Positions 1 through 10,500 of a stretch of 20,000 nucleotides of DNA are shown here, piece after piece. Position numbers and translations under genes: made by a program. The stretch is taken from assembly GCA_001662655.1 (NCBI GenBank), contig KV460211.1, one strand, 5' to 3'. The DNA is from Pseudogymnoascus verrucosus. Taxonomy: Eukaryota. The notes under the pieces were generated by a model, which was not told the DNA's origin, searched no databases, and saw nothing but the letters and a program-made list of their open reading frames with translations. Position 1 is the first letter of the stretch, and every line of letters starts with the position of its first letter.

Positions 1-78
1 GGGTGCTGACTGTAGATGGTGGTGGTGCGGCGAGGGCGATGGGGGTTGGGTGGGACGGTCCAGGGTAAGCGCTGTCAT
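1..78 (-). CDS. Possible 5' end of a gene running off the left edge (MTALTLDRPTQPPSPSPHHHHLQSAP...)
   Basis: ATG at 78 on the - strand, frame open to position 1, Pro/His-rich; no recognisable domain, so this may be non-coding. Confidence 0.2.
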   Translation of the reverse strand, partial: MTALTLDRPTQPPSPSPHHHHLQSAP

Positions 79-702
79 CTCCAGGGCTGGCTGTTCCTGG
101 CCACACGCTGTATGTTTCAGAGCGCCACAAGGGCAGGCAGGGTCCTGATTTGGACGGTGGTGAAGGCTGATGTTGAATGAGGAAATTGCTATGGTGGTGT
201 GCAGTAAGTAAGCAGGTTATCGTGTTGTACCCGACTTCACGCACGACAGAAATATCCCTCTCTGTACCGGATTGACCGGACGGATGAGATACTCAAAAGA
301 ACTCGAGTCCCTCTCGTTCATTAGCCGTCGTCTTTTTCGGAGATTTGATCTGTGCATCCCTTCCGCATTGGGACGACGCCACGATGGGTGGGATCGAGAA
401 GGGGGGTGTGCTTCGGCTAGGACCGGGGGGGTCTTGTAACAACCCCCTATTGTTTGTTGGTCAGGGCGGCTATTTGGGATATTATGGGATGAAAGAGTAG
501 AGTTATATATAATTGTGGGATTCCTGCATTATGGGTGCTATGGTTAAAATGTCACACGTGTGTTGGCAGGAATGAGAGAGCGGTGGATGAAGAAAAAATA
601 AGTATGTAAGGGCAGGAAAAGAAGAGGTGTGAAGAATTTGGCTTCGGTTAGGTGCAGCACGGTCGCAGTGCAGGTACTGTGCAGCACCACTGCGAACCCC
701 TT

Positions 703-712
703 TTTTCACGTG
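703..712 (+). promoter_or_regulatory. E-box matching the yeast ICRE/UAS-INO consensus (TTTTCACGTG); further CACGTG boxes at 555-560 and 1385-1390
   Basis: Matches WYTTCAYRTG, 1.6 kb upstream of INO1; short motif with no demonstrated function here. Confidence 0.2.
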
Positions 713-2088
713 TTTGCTCCATTCAGGGTCCTTGCTCGCGTGTGTAAACGGGGTACGGCATACATCGTACTTGCGTAATCCAGAAAGATAGAGATAAGAA
801 GGAACGAACCAAGGAACGCCCGGATGCCGGAAGAGAAGAGAGGGCTTTCATAAACAGATGCCGCCATTAATCCCCTAGATCCAGTTTGCTGCACCAGACA
901 ACACAGCACAACACCGCACACGATATCAACACCGCACGCACACTGGATAAGGAATTATGGAGCCCCGGCGATCAACATATGCCGGTGTTTCTTGGAACCG
1001 CAACGTTGCGCCCTCACCGCTCCTTCAACGCTGTTATTCCTCCGCTCTGGCCTCCTGCGGTTTCGCTGTAGCCTTGCTGGTGGTGCAGAATCTAACCCCT
1101 CGAACTTGCGGAATCTGGTACAAGATCTCTTCATGACAGCAGGCACTATTCCCGCTCAAGTAATCCGTGCACAACTGATCGGCTTTCCCCTCAATCCTCT
1201 CAATAGGTGGGGGGGTGTTGTTGTCTGGCGATCAGTGCTCCGTTGTTGCTCCGTTTGCTCCTGATTGCTGCTGATTGTTGTGCTGGTCGTGTGTGTGATT
1301 TGGTGTGGTTTGGTGGTATTTTGGCGGTGTTTTTGTTGCTCTGAGCTGAGACAATTATCCGTCCCCCGCTGTTGTAATCATGATCACGTGACCACCACAC
1401 ATGAAATTTTTGACAAGTTGGCGGAGGTGGGGGTGACCGCGGGGCTTTCCCCTCCTCAACCACCGGAACACCTGGAGATACTTTCAACAAACTCCACCAT
1501 AGCCATTCTGCCTCCTAATGGACCAAATTAATATGAGAAAATTGTATAAAATCGTATAAAAAATAACAAAAAATACCATCACAACCGGAAAATGTTTAAT
1601 AAAATGTCTTGGACGTACGCCAATTCACCCTTTCCGCGCGTCTTCTATACGTACACCTCTTTTGCTGCGTTACGTACTCTTCCATTTCCCTACTTTCCTG
1701 CCCCGCCAAATATGCACCACCACTTAGAGCCCAGCATGCTCCAATGACGCCTGCACTTTCCCGCCGATAGTGGAACAAAACCCACCATCCCACCTCACCA
1801 AACCACCTGCTAGCTCCTCCGAACTTTCCCTGGGCTCCCGTACAACCGCACATTCCCAAAAACACACATAAACACCCCTCCTTCCCCTCTTCCGCTCTTC
1901 TTTCTCCTGTCTTCACCCACAAACACTTCTTCGATATAACCCAAAGCTTCAAAACTTCCAAACATTCTGATACACTTCAACCCTTACCTCAAAAACACCC
2001 AATACCCGTCTTAAACCTGTTCTAGATCGTCGCTCCTGAGTGTCGATCTTCCTCAAGTCTTCAAGACGTTTTCTAATCTCCTTAACTC

Positions 2089-2173
2089 GTACGTTCCCTT
2101 TCCTCTCGGAAGAATATGAAGAAGATGAAGAAGATGGAAGAAGAAGAAGAGCTCCAAACTGACTCCCTCACAG
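2089..2173 (+). other. Putative 5'-UTR intron of INO1 containing upstream ATGs
   Basis: Donor GTACGT at 2089, branch CTGAC at 2159-2163, acceptor CAG at 2171-2173; 85 nt. Confidence 0.35.
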
Positions 2174-2325
2174 TATCCACCACCCGTTTGCTGGAGGCCG
2201 CAAGAGTGCTCCTGGTAGTTCATCGGATTTACCACACGTCAAATAATTAATCCAATACAACCAAGAACAACCAAACTCAAACCTCCACATATTTTAGTAG
2301 CTTACTACTTTTAACATACTAAAAT

Positions 2326-3918
2326 ATGGCACCACACGCTGACAATGGCACTGGTGTTGCAAACGGGAACGGTGCTTCCCCCGTCAAGGACCTTTTCACG
2401 GTCAACAGCCCAAACGTCGTGTACACCGACGAGACTATCAAGTCTAAGTACACGTACTGCACCACCTCTGTCTCTAAGGATGAGGCTGGCAAGTACGTTG
2501 CTACCCCCAAGGAGACCGTCTACGACTTCAAGGTCGAGCGTGCCATCCCCAAGACCGGTATGATGCTGGTCGGTCTCGGTGGTAACAACGGTTCCACCGT
2601 CACCGCTGGTATCATTGCCAACCGCCGCAACCTCACCTGGCCCACACGTGAGGGAAACCGTACTGCCAACTACTACGGTTCCGTCACCATGGCCTCCACC
2701 ATGAAGCTCGGTACGGATGCAAAGACCGCCAAGGATGTCAACATCCCCTTCCATGACGTTCTCCCCATGGTCCACCCCAACGACCTTGTCGTCGGCGGAT
2801 GGGATATCAGCTCCATGAACCTGGCTGATGCCATGGACCGTGCTGCTGTCCTTGAGCCCACCCTCAAGGCCATGGTCAGCAAGGAGATGGCTGCCATGAC
2901 CCCGCTCCCATCCATCTACTACCCGGATTTCATTGCCGCCAACCAGGAGGACCGTGCCGATAACCTCATTGCCGGCTCCAAGGCCTGCAACGAGCACGTC
3001 GAGAAGATCCGCAAGGACATTGCCGACTTCAAGGCCGCCAACAACCTTGACAAGGTCATTGTCATGTGGACTGCCAACACTGAGCGCTTTGCTGAGCTCA
3101 TTCCTGGCATCAACGACACTGCCGACAACCTGTTGAAGGCCATCGCTGACGGACACGAGGAGGTTGCTCCTTCCACCGTCTTCGCTGTTGCCTGTATCCT
3201 CGACAACGTGCCATTCATCAACGGCTCCCCCCAGAACACCTTCGTTCCGGGTGCCATTGACCTTGCCGAGAGACACGGTGCGTTCATCGGCGGTGACGAC
3301 TTCAAGTCCGGGCAGACCAAGATGAAGTCCGCCCTCGTCGATTTCCTGATCAGCGCCGGTATCAAGCTCACCTCCATCGCCTCGTACAACCATCTTGGTA
3401 ACAACGACGGCAAGAACCTGAGCTCCCAGCGCCAGTTCCGCTCCAAGGAGATCTCCAAGTCCAACGTCGTCGACGACATGGTCGAGGCCAACCACATCCT
3501 GTACAAGGAGGGTGAGCACCCCGACCACACCGTCGTGATCAAGTACATGCCCGCTGTTGGTGACAACAAGCGTGCCCTCGACGAGTACTACGCCGAGATC
3601 TTCATGGGCGGCCACCAGACCATCTCCCTCTTCAACGTGTGCGAGGACTCCCTCCTCGCCTCCCCGCTCATCATCGATCTCGTACTCATCGCCGAGCTCA
3701 TGACCCGTGTCTCCTGGAAGGCTGAGGGTGGCGAGTACAAGGGTTTCCACTCTGTTCTCAGCATCCTGTCCTACATGCTCAAGGCCCCGCTTGTGCCCAA
3801 CGGAACCCCAGTTGTCAACGCCCTCGCTAAGCAGCGTGGTGCCTTGACCAACATCTTCCGTGCCTGCGTCGGTCTCCAGCCCGAGTCTGACATGACTCTT
3901 GAGCACAAGCTTTTCTAA
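2326..3918 (+). CDS. INO1: Myo-inositol-1-phosphate synthase (inositol-3-phosphate synthase), 530 aa, no intron in the CDS
   Basis: MIPS signature motifs [46 protein letters not shown]; strong C-ending codon bias typical of a highly expressed gene. Confidence 0.98.
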   Translation: MAPHADNGTGVANGNGASPVKDLFTVNSPNVVYTDETIKSKYTYCTTSVSKDEAGKYVATPKETVYDFKVERAIPKTGMMLVGLGGNNGSTVTAGIIANRRNLTWPTREGNRTANYYGSVTMASTMKLGTDAKTAKDVNIPFHDVLPMVHPNDLVVGGWDISSMNLADAMDRAAVLEPTLKAMVSKEMAAMTPLPSIYYPDFIAANQEDRADNLIAGSKACNEHVEKIRKDIADFKAANNLDKVIVMWTANTERFAELIPGINDTADNLLKAIADGHEEVAPSTVFAVACILDNVPFINGSPQNTFVPGAIDLAERHGAFIGGDDFKSGQTKMKSALVDFLISAGIKLTSIASYNHLGNNDGKNLSSQRQFRSKEISKSNVVDDMVEANHILYKEGEHPDHTVVIKYMPAVGDNKRALDEYYAEIFMGGHQTISLFNVCEDSLLASPLIIDLVLIAELMTRVSWKAEGGEYKGFHSVLSILSYMLKAPLVPNGTPVVNALAKQRGALTNIFRACVGLQPESDMTLEHKLF

Positions 3919-4785
3919 GCTTGTTGTCCTGTCTTGACAATACGAGGTTGATATGCACAGCACCTGAGAAGGGATTTTTAATTCTGGGACCCCCTCTTTC
4001 TCCGCTTTTTGATGGACTGGATGGGTAGGCTTGAAAGGGCTTGCTTGTCCTTTTTGTCATGGGTGGTGATAGGGGAGTCGGTATGGAGATATGTTATAGC
4101 GATGCCATGAGCCTGCTGTTCAGCAACGGTGTCTGGTGGTAGTTGCAGCCGCTCGTTTGTAGGTCCCTTTAGTAGGGGCTGAAAATTGAAGGTTGTGCGT
4201 TTGCAAAACATTTTGGTTTTTGATGATTGTGATATGATGTGATGTGATGTGAAGTCTTTTGTATGTGCTGTTGTAGTATTGTAAACCTGATCTGTTGTCT
4301 CATGCTGGCTAAAATTGTAGGAGATTCTAAGAGGGACTGTCCGTAATATCAGTGCGTACAGCAACTGTAGTTTTGGTAAAGGTGTTCGGTCACTCAGGGT
4401 TACAGTCAATAAGCCAGTTGCTCAAGACATGTTAAGTTAAGAGAGAAGTTAGATCCTATTAGCGCAAATTGCTGGTATGATACCTCATCCTTACGATCCG
4501 CTAGAGCATAGATATACGGTACGTATTTGCTTTGCTGTATGCCTCTTCCCTATGTACATTGTAGTAGATTTGTGGGAATGAGTTGAGACGGTTGGTAGGG
4601 TGTTGTATAATTCTTGTTTTATCATATTTGCATTTTAGGAATTTATATATATATACATGCAATTTAATTAAACCATATGTCCCCGCCACAAACCACACAC
4701 TATTTATCCTTTCATTATCTACTACCTTTCTTAGACCCTGTTTCATATTTGATTTACATCCTCTACTCACTAGGCCGAGGGGCAG

Positions 4786-4900
4786 TGGTTTCGCATCACG
4801 CCACTCTAAGACCACAGCGTCCCTGTTCCTGACATGGCGCGACGAAAACCAAAATAGCCTCATCTGAAAGAGTGACTCTTAAACTAACTAAACAAACCAC
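4786..4900 (+). repeat. Conserved non-coding element upstream of F-box gene 1: imperfect arm-spacer-arm palindrome (4786-4851) plus a block that is an inverted repeat of 14814-14879; TATATAAA at 4975-4982
   Basis: 4835-4883 tggcgcgacgaaaaccaaaatagcctcatctgaaagagtgactcttaaa versus reverse complement of 14834-14879 tggtgtgataaaaccaaaatagcctcatcgaaagatgactcttaaa, with a 20-bp exact core. Confidence 0.75.
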
Positions 4901-5225
4901 CCATTAGCTCCCACATCGGGTAACTGACTAGTAGTGTAGTCTAAATTCTCATTCTGTCTATTCCAAAATGCCTTTATATAAACATCCCCATCCATCCAAG
5001 CATCCTATTCTCCATCATCAAAGTCTCATCCGTCCTTGCTTGCCGCAACTTCTTTATTTATTTATTTTCCCTCGACCTGTTCGGAGCTGGTTTTACTCGA
5101 CTCGACTAGATCAGGGATTATTATTATCAAAATACATCGCCTTGATCGGCCTGTAAGGTGAGATTGTGAGGCTTTGCAAGAGCCGCGAGCGACGCTTTTT
5201 CATGATGCCCGCCTGGAGCTGTCAC

Positions 5226-5825
5226 ATGGGGGAGTCGTCCATAGAATCGCACCTCGCAGAATTGCAAATAGCAGAACTGCCCTCTGTAGAACTACTGTCC
5301 GCAGAGTCGCTTTTCGAAGAACCACCCTCCGAAGAATTGTCCTCTGAAGAATCGTCCTTTGTCGTCCACACTACGTCCTCGTTGCTGAATCCGGCTCTAT
5401 CCTCGTCACCAAATCGCACTACAAGCCCCTATTTAGATAGAGCTGAACCGCAGCCACAGCTCAGTAGCCCTTGCTATTCGCCATTCGACCATCTACCTAT
5501 GGAACTATTCCAACTCATAATCTCATTTCTCCCTCCTCTAGCCGCCGCTTCACTTAGCCTGACATGCCGGTCAGCCCAGTCTATCATCCGAACCAAATAC
5601 TTCGATCAGCTCCAAGGAAAAGATTGGCGTAAGAGAAGACTTGAGTTCTTACATCTCCTAGCGAGAGGTCTGCCTGCCCACATCGTGTGCATTGCATGCG
5701 AAACCCTCCACAGCCGTACACAGAAGCAACTCCACAAAGCGACGCCCTGCAAGAAAGAAGAGCGGACGGGGTGCCCAATTCTCTTCAGTCTATGGTCGTA
5801 TGTGAAAGATACACGTGTAGTCTAA
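5226..5825 (+). pseudogene. F-box domain protein, 3'-truncated at about 5758 by a 5S rRNA fragment
   Basis: F-box motif SPFDHLPMELFQLIISFLPPLAAASLSLTCR and a CxxCxxLH motif shared with the 13550-14663 paralogue; the last ~20 codons are read from the antisense 5S fragment and its flank; start codon uncertain. Confidence 0.75.
5759..5803 (-). pseudogene. 5S rRNA gene fragment (5' 45 nt only)
   Basis: - strand ACATACGACCATAGACTGAAGAGAATTGGGCACCCCGTCCGCTCT matches the Pezizomycotina 5S 5' end (ACATACGACCATA...CCCGTCCGCTC); 3' half absent. Confidence 0.85.
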
Positions 5826-6196
5826 TTTAAGTAGGTTGATGTGACATGAAACCACTAAGCACTCTTCTCCGCTGTTCGCGTCCCTGTAACTCGGATCATG
5901 CCTAGGATCTTGTGCTAGTGTTACTGGTTCCTGCTTCGGGGTGGCGAGAAGTGGTGGTTGCTTGGATGACCCACCCCCCTCCTTTGACCTCACTCCTTAC
6001 GAGGTAGACAAATTTTAGGAAATTTTAATCGATGTTTAAGGAATTTTAATTGATTAAGGAAAGTCCGGCAATTTTTGGGCTATACACACGCGTTTGAGAC
6101 ATGGTAGAAAAACATTAGTTTTTTGCGCTCCTACTAGCTGTCTATTCGACGGTTCATGGGATAGACAACTGCTCTCTACCTACGAGCCCCTGATAG

Positions 6197-7161
6197 CTAT
6201 GTAGACTTGAAGAAATTTCTCATGTCAACATTCTTGTCAAAAACTCCCACCGCTGCAGCAGATCGACTCTTTGTGGCTACGTCTTTGATCCGTTGGTTGA
6301 CTTCTCCAACAACACTCTCCGGCATTCCTACCAAAACCTTTGAATCATCGGAAGTTATGACGTTACTGATATCCTGACGGGTCCGTTTAGGCTGCACTTG
6401 TGAGAAGATGACTACAGAGGAAACTTCGTCAGCCTCCAATAGGCCTTTCTGCTTCTCGACCTCTTGTGTGGCTAGGGCTCGCTGAGCACCGCCATCTTCT
6501 TCGTCCTCTAGCTCCTCCTGCAGATCTTGCATACGTCTTTGTGCTTCATCCTGCTGCTTCTTAGCGAGATCTATATGTTCTTGGATCTGTGTCTCGAGAG
6601 CCTGCAATTGGGTCTTTAGTTTCTTGCGATCAGTCCCTGACGTTCGTTCAGAGCGGAGTTGAACGATTCTTTCCAGGGCGTCAGCATGCATTCGTGATCA
6701 TGATGTCAAGGGCTCACCTACAACTGGGTACTTGTAATTGCAAACTGAACTGTGTCCTGGCAAGACTGAACCTGCATTCTAAAAGTCCGGATTTTCTCCT
6801 TGTTCCAAACGCCGACTGAAAATCGGTCTCTAAGTGAGATTTTTGTACTGGTAGAATGTTTCGTCCACCGCTTTAGATTGTCTGCAAAGTCGGCACATGC
6901 CTGCCCACAGTTGTTAACAGCTTCGACGATACCGGTTTTCTCCAGATCCACTTTCGCTGCGACATAAATCGTGGGGTCTGAAATGGTGAGTTTTTCCAGA
7001 GCTGCCAACGGGCGCTGTACGCCTTCTAAGGTCAAGGCAATATCTCGTGCGACTTCTTCAGCCTCGGCAAGATCGTTAATATTATCATAGAGTTGGGCAA
7101 TGCTGGACATAGCAAACTGTGTGATGCCTATGGCGCCTGCGGTGATGCTGAGGGGATCCAT
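6197..7161 (-). CDS. HeLo-like (HELL/SesA-type) cell-death effector with C-terminal two-repeat HET-s-related amyloid motif; exons 7161-6722 and 6668-6197; 303 aa
   Basis: N-terminus MDPLSITAGAIGITQFAMSSIAQLY is typical of fungal STAND N-terminal/HeLo-like domains; a 53-nt intron (6721-6669, GTAGGT...GCTGAC...AAG) joins the two ORFs in frame (..STQL-IVQLRSER..); coiled-coil linker, then R1 and R2. Confidence 0.85.
6200..6379 (-). other. Putative prion-forming (amyloid) domain: R1 6376-6326, R2 6295-6245, aromatic tail NFF
   Basis: R1 QDISNVITSDDSKVLVG and R2 QRIKDVATKSRSAAAVG, 27-aa period; pattern parallels HET-s R1 NSAKDIRTEERARVQLG and R2 NSVETVVGKGESRVLIG. Confidence 0.8.
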
Positions 7162-7576
7162 AAGCTCTGCACTTCGGATTTATTCTAAGATTTGGTAAAT
7201 GACTGCCATATAGAACCAGAGGAACGGCTACAGAGGAGGCAGGATATTCGTTTGATAGATGACTATTTACGAATGAATTCTGAGGAAACAAGAAAAAGAT
7301 GACCGTTGGGGGACAGCAATGAACTTTATTTGGCCTCCCCCCAGCTAAAGGCAACACTGCGGGGTTGTAGCGAATCATCGTGTCTAACTTACTGTAGCTG
7401 GAAAATGAGCCTAACGAGGCATTTTCTTTCAACTGAGACCCAGCTTGAATTGATAATGATACAGTCTTTGCCAAACATTCCTGGAGATCTTGATACACTA
7501 TTAGCGTGACGGCACTACAAGGACTGACTCTCGCACGACTAGCAAAGGCGGGGCTGTTATCGTCGCGCCAAAGCCG
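7162..7576. promoter_or_regulatory. 415-bp divergent intergenic region, probable bidirectional promoter of the effector and NLR
   Basis: ATG at 7161 (-) and ATG at 7577 (+) face away from each other. Confidence 0.55.
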
Positions 7577-10500
7577 ATGGCAGGCATCACTCAAGACATT
7601 AGCAGCGTATTCATCGACCACCATTCACGGGGCGCTGTGGGTACCTTTCACGCACCAGTGTATTTTGGGAACAAAGAAAGTGAGTAAATGTAGTTTTACG
7701 CAAATGACAAGGCTAACCAGTAGTTTAGACTTTTATGATGTGCTCAACACCCTTCCTAATGCCGTGAACGCGCGATTCAACGCATATCAGCGACAACATG
7801 ACCCGACCTGTCTCCCCAATACCCGCGTCGACCTTCTTCAAGATATATACAGCTGGGCTGACGGCCAAGATGAGCGATATATCTTCTGGCTAAACGGTCT
7901 GGCCGGCACGGGGAAGTCGACAATTGCGCGTACCGTGGCCCGTAGATACCACGAGCAGAAGCGCCTCGGAGCCAGCTTCTTCTTCTCGCGAGGCGGTGGA
8001 GATGTGGGCCACGCAGGCATCTTCGTCACAAGCATTGCGTTGCAGCTGGCGAGCAGCGTGCCCTCTCTCGACCAGTACATTTGCGATGCAATCAAAGAGC
8101 GGCGCGACATCGCGAGCCAGTCTCTCCGCGATCAGTGGCAGCAACTCGTCGTACGTCCCCTGTCGAAGCTTAGCGGAAGTGGAAGTGGTGGCCCGTTCCC
8201 ATACATTCTCGTGGTTGATGCGCTCGATGAGTGCGACAATGACAAGGACATTCGCACCATCGTTAACCTCTTGACTGAAGCTCGATCGCTCAACGCCGCG
8301 TGTTTGCGGGTCTGTCTAACGAGCCGATCTGAGGTTCCAATTCGAAACGGATTTGGTGAAGTGCCAGACGTTGAGCACCGGGACTTTGTACTTCACACCA
8401 TATCGCCACAGATCGTAGACCGCGATATCTCTCTTTTCCTACAGCACAACCTCAAGCTCATCGGAAAGGAACAATCTCTAGGCATCGACTGGCCCGGCGC
8501 AAAAGTTATCGAACAATTTGTTCAGATCGCCGGAAGTTTGTTCATTTGGGCAGCAACAGCATGTCGATACATTCAAGATGGCCTATGCGCAGGCGAGAAT
8601 CTGCAAATTTTGCTAGGAGGCAGCACATGTACCACTGCACCAGAAGAGCACCTGAATGAGCTCTATACTACTGTACTCAGAAGGTCTGTTCATCAGCATT
8701 ACTCAGTAATAGAGAAGAAAGCACTATACAGCATGCTACAGCGCATTCTTGGGAGCATTGTTGTTCTCTTCTCCCCGCTCACTGCCAGTTCGCTTCGCAG
8801 GCTACTTGATATCGATAAAGACAAGATTAACCAGGCGTTAAAGGATCTTCATGCAATTCTGGATATCCCTAGGGACGATGCTCACCCACTTTGCCTGCAT
8901 CATCCTTCATTTCGCGACTTCCTGCTCGACCCTAAAAGATGCGCAGATAAAGATTTCTGGGTGGACGAGGAGCAAGCGCATCAAATCTTAGCCGACAGAT
9001 GTATACAGCTCATGTCGATATCGCTCAAGCAAGACATCTGTGGTGTAGGTGATCCCGGCATACTTGTAGCCGATGTCGAGAGAAGTTTCATTAAGCAAGG
9101 TGTTTCTCCCGAAGTTCAGTACGCCTGTTGCTACTGGATGGATCATGTTCAGAAGAGCGGCACTCAACTCCGCGACAACGATCAAGTACATGTTTTCTTG
9201 CAAGAGCATCTTCTTCACTGGCTGGAGGCTCTTGGATGGATAGGAAAAATCTCAGATGGTGTTCATGCCATGGCATCTTTAGAGTCATTTGTTTCAGTCA
9301 GTAATATATGCTACAACTTAGGGAAAGGTCTCGCTAACAGTGTAGATAGACTAGTGAATGCCCAGGACTCTGGAGCTTCGTTCACGATGCGAAGCGGTTC
9401 GTGCTGTATAATCGAGTAGGGATCGAGCAGTCTCCGCTCCAGACGTACGGTAGTGCACTTGTATTCGCACCAGCATCGAGCATAGTAAGAAAGAATTTCG
9501 AGTATTGCATACCTAAATGGATACAAAAGCTTCCAAGAGTAGAGAATGAATGGAATACCTTGCTGCAGGTGCTTGAAGGCCACATGCAGTCCGTCAACGC
9601 CGTGACTTTCTCGCCGGACGGCAAGATGATCGCGTCGGCATCGGACGACAAGACCGTCAAGTTGTGGGACCCTGCTTCGGGCGCGCTGCTGCAGACGCTC
9701 GTGGGCCATTCGGCCTCAGTCCACGAATGTACGTTCTTACCCAACTCCAAGAGCCTGATATCGATATCGCTAGATGGGGAGGTCAACGTCTGGAATAGTG
9801 GCACAGGAGATTTGCTCCTTAAGCTTAGTGATTCGACAGCAGTCAACTCCGCCGTTTCTCATAACAAGGAAGTGGTACCGCTGTCTGGTACCTTGCAAAA
9901 ACCAGCAATTGTACAGCACGTGAGCTTTTCTAGCACAGTTTATGCCAACTTAATATCACCTAACGGCAAGCTGCGTGCGTCATGGTCAAACAGAAACGTC
10001 ACGCTACGGGATACCAACTCGGGAGCAGAAATTTGCACGCTTAATCAGAGCCCCTTTTTTCCAGTTAAGGCTATAGGCTTCTCGCAGGACAACAAGATGC
10101 TAGCGCTAGTGTCTAGCAACGAAGTCACGCTATGGGATACTAAATTGGGAGCAGAAATTTGCACGCTTAATCCGACCCTTTGGGACCCAGTTAAGACTAT
10201 AAGCTTCTTGTGGGACAACAAGATGCTAGTGTTATTGTCAAACAGAGAAGTTACACTATGGGATACTGAATCAGGAACACAGCGTTGTATGCTTAAGGAC
10301 CTTTGCTGCGAACTAGTTGAGGCTATAGGCTTCTCGCAGGACAGCAAGATGCTAGTGTTAGTGTCAAGTAGAGAAGTTACGCTATGGGATACGGAATCAG
10401 GAGCGCGACTTTGCAGGCTTAGGGACCTTTTCAACCTAGTTGAGGCTATAGGCTTCTTGCAGGACAGCAAAATGCTAGTGTTAGTGTTAAACAGAGAAGT

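Noticed and set aside
2311..3963. 550-aa antisense ORF over INO1
   Set aside because: Shadow ORF produced by the strong codon bias of INO1 (scarcity of TTA/CTA/TCA codons); no domain features
5759..5805. 47-bp direct repeat read as a target-site duplication or mini-LTR
   Set aside because: Both copies are 5S rRNA 5' ends with unrelated flanks, so the similarity is explained by 5S homology
7560..7570. 11-bp match (TCGTCGCGCCA) to the reverse complement of the palindrome arm at 4835-4845
   Set aside because: Matches of this length are expected by chance in 20 kb
7506..7728. ORF-track N-terminus of the NACHT ORF (MTALQGL...)
   Set aside because: Begins at GTG and reads through UTR, exon 1 in the wrong frame and intron 1; the ATG at 7577 with canonical splicing gives a better model
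9297..9419. Apparent split or frameshift between the NACHT and WD40 ORFs
   Set aside because: Explained by a canonical 53-nt intron (9297-9349); a single gene
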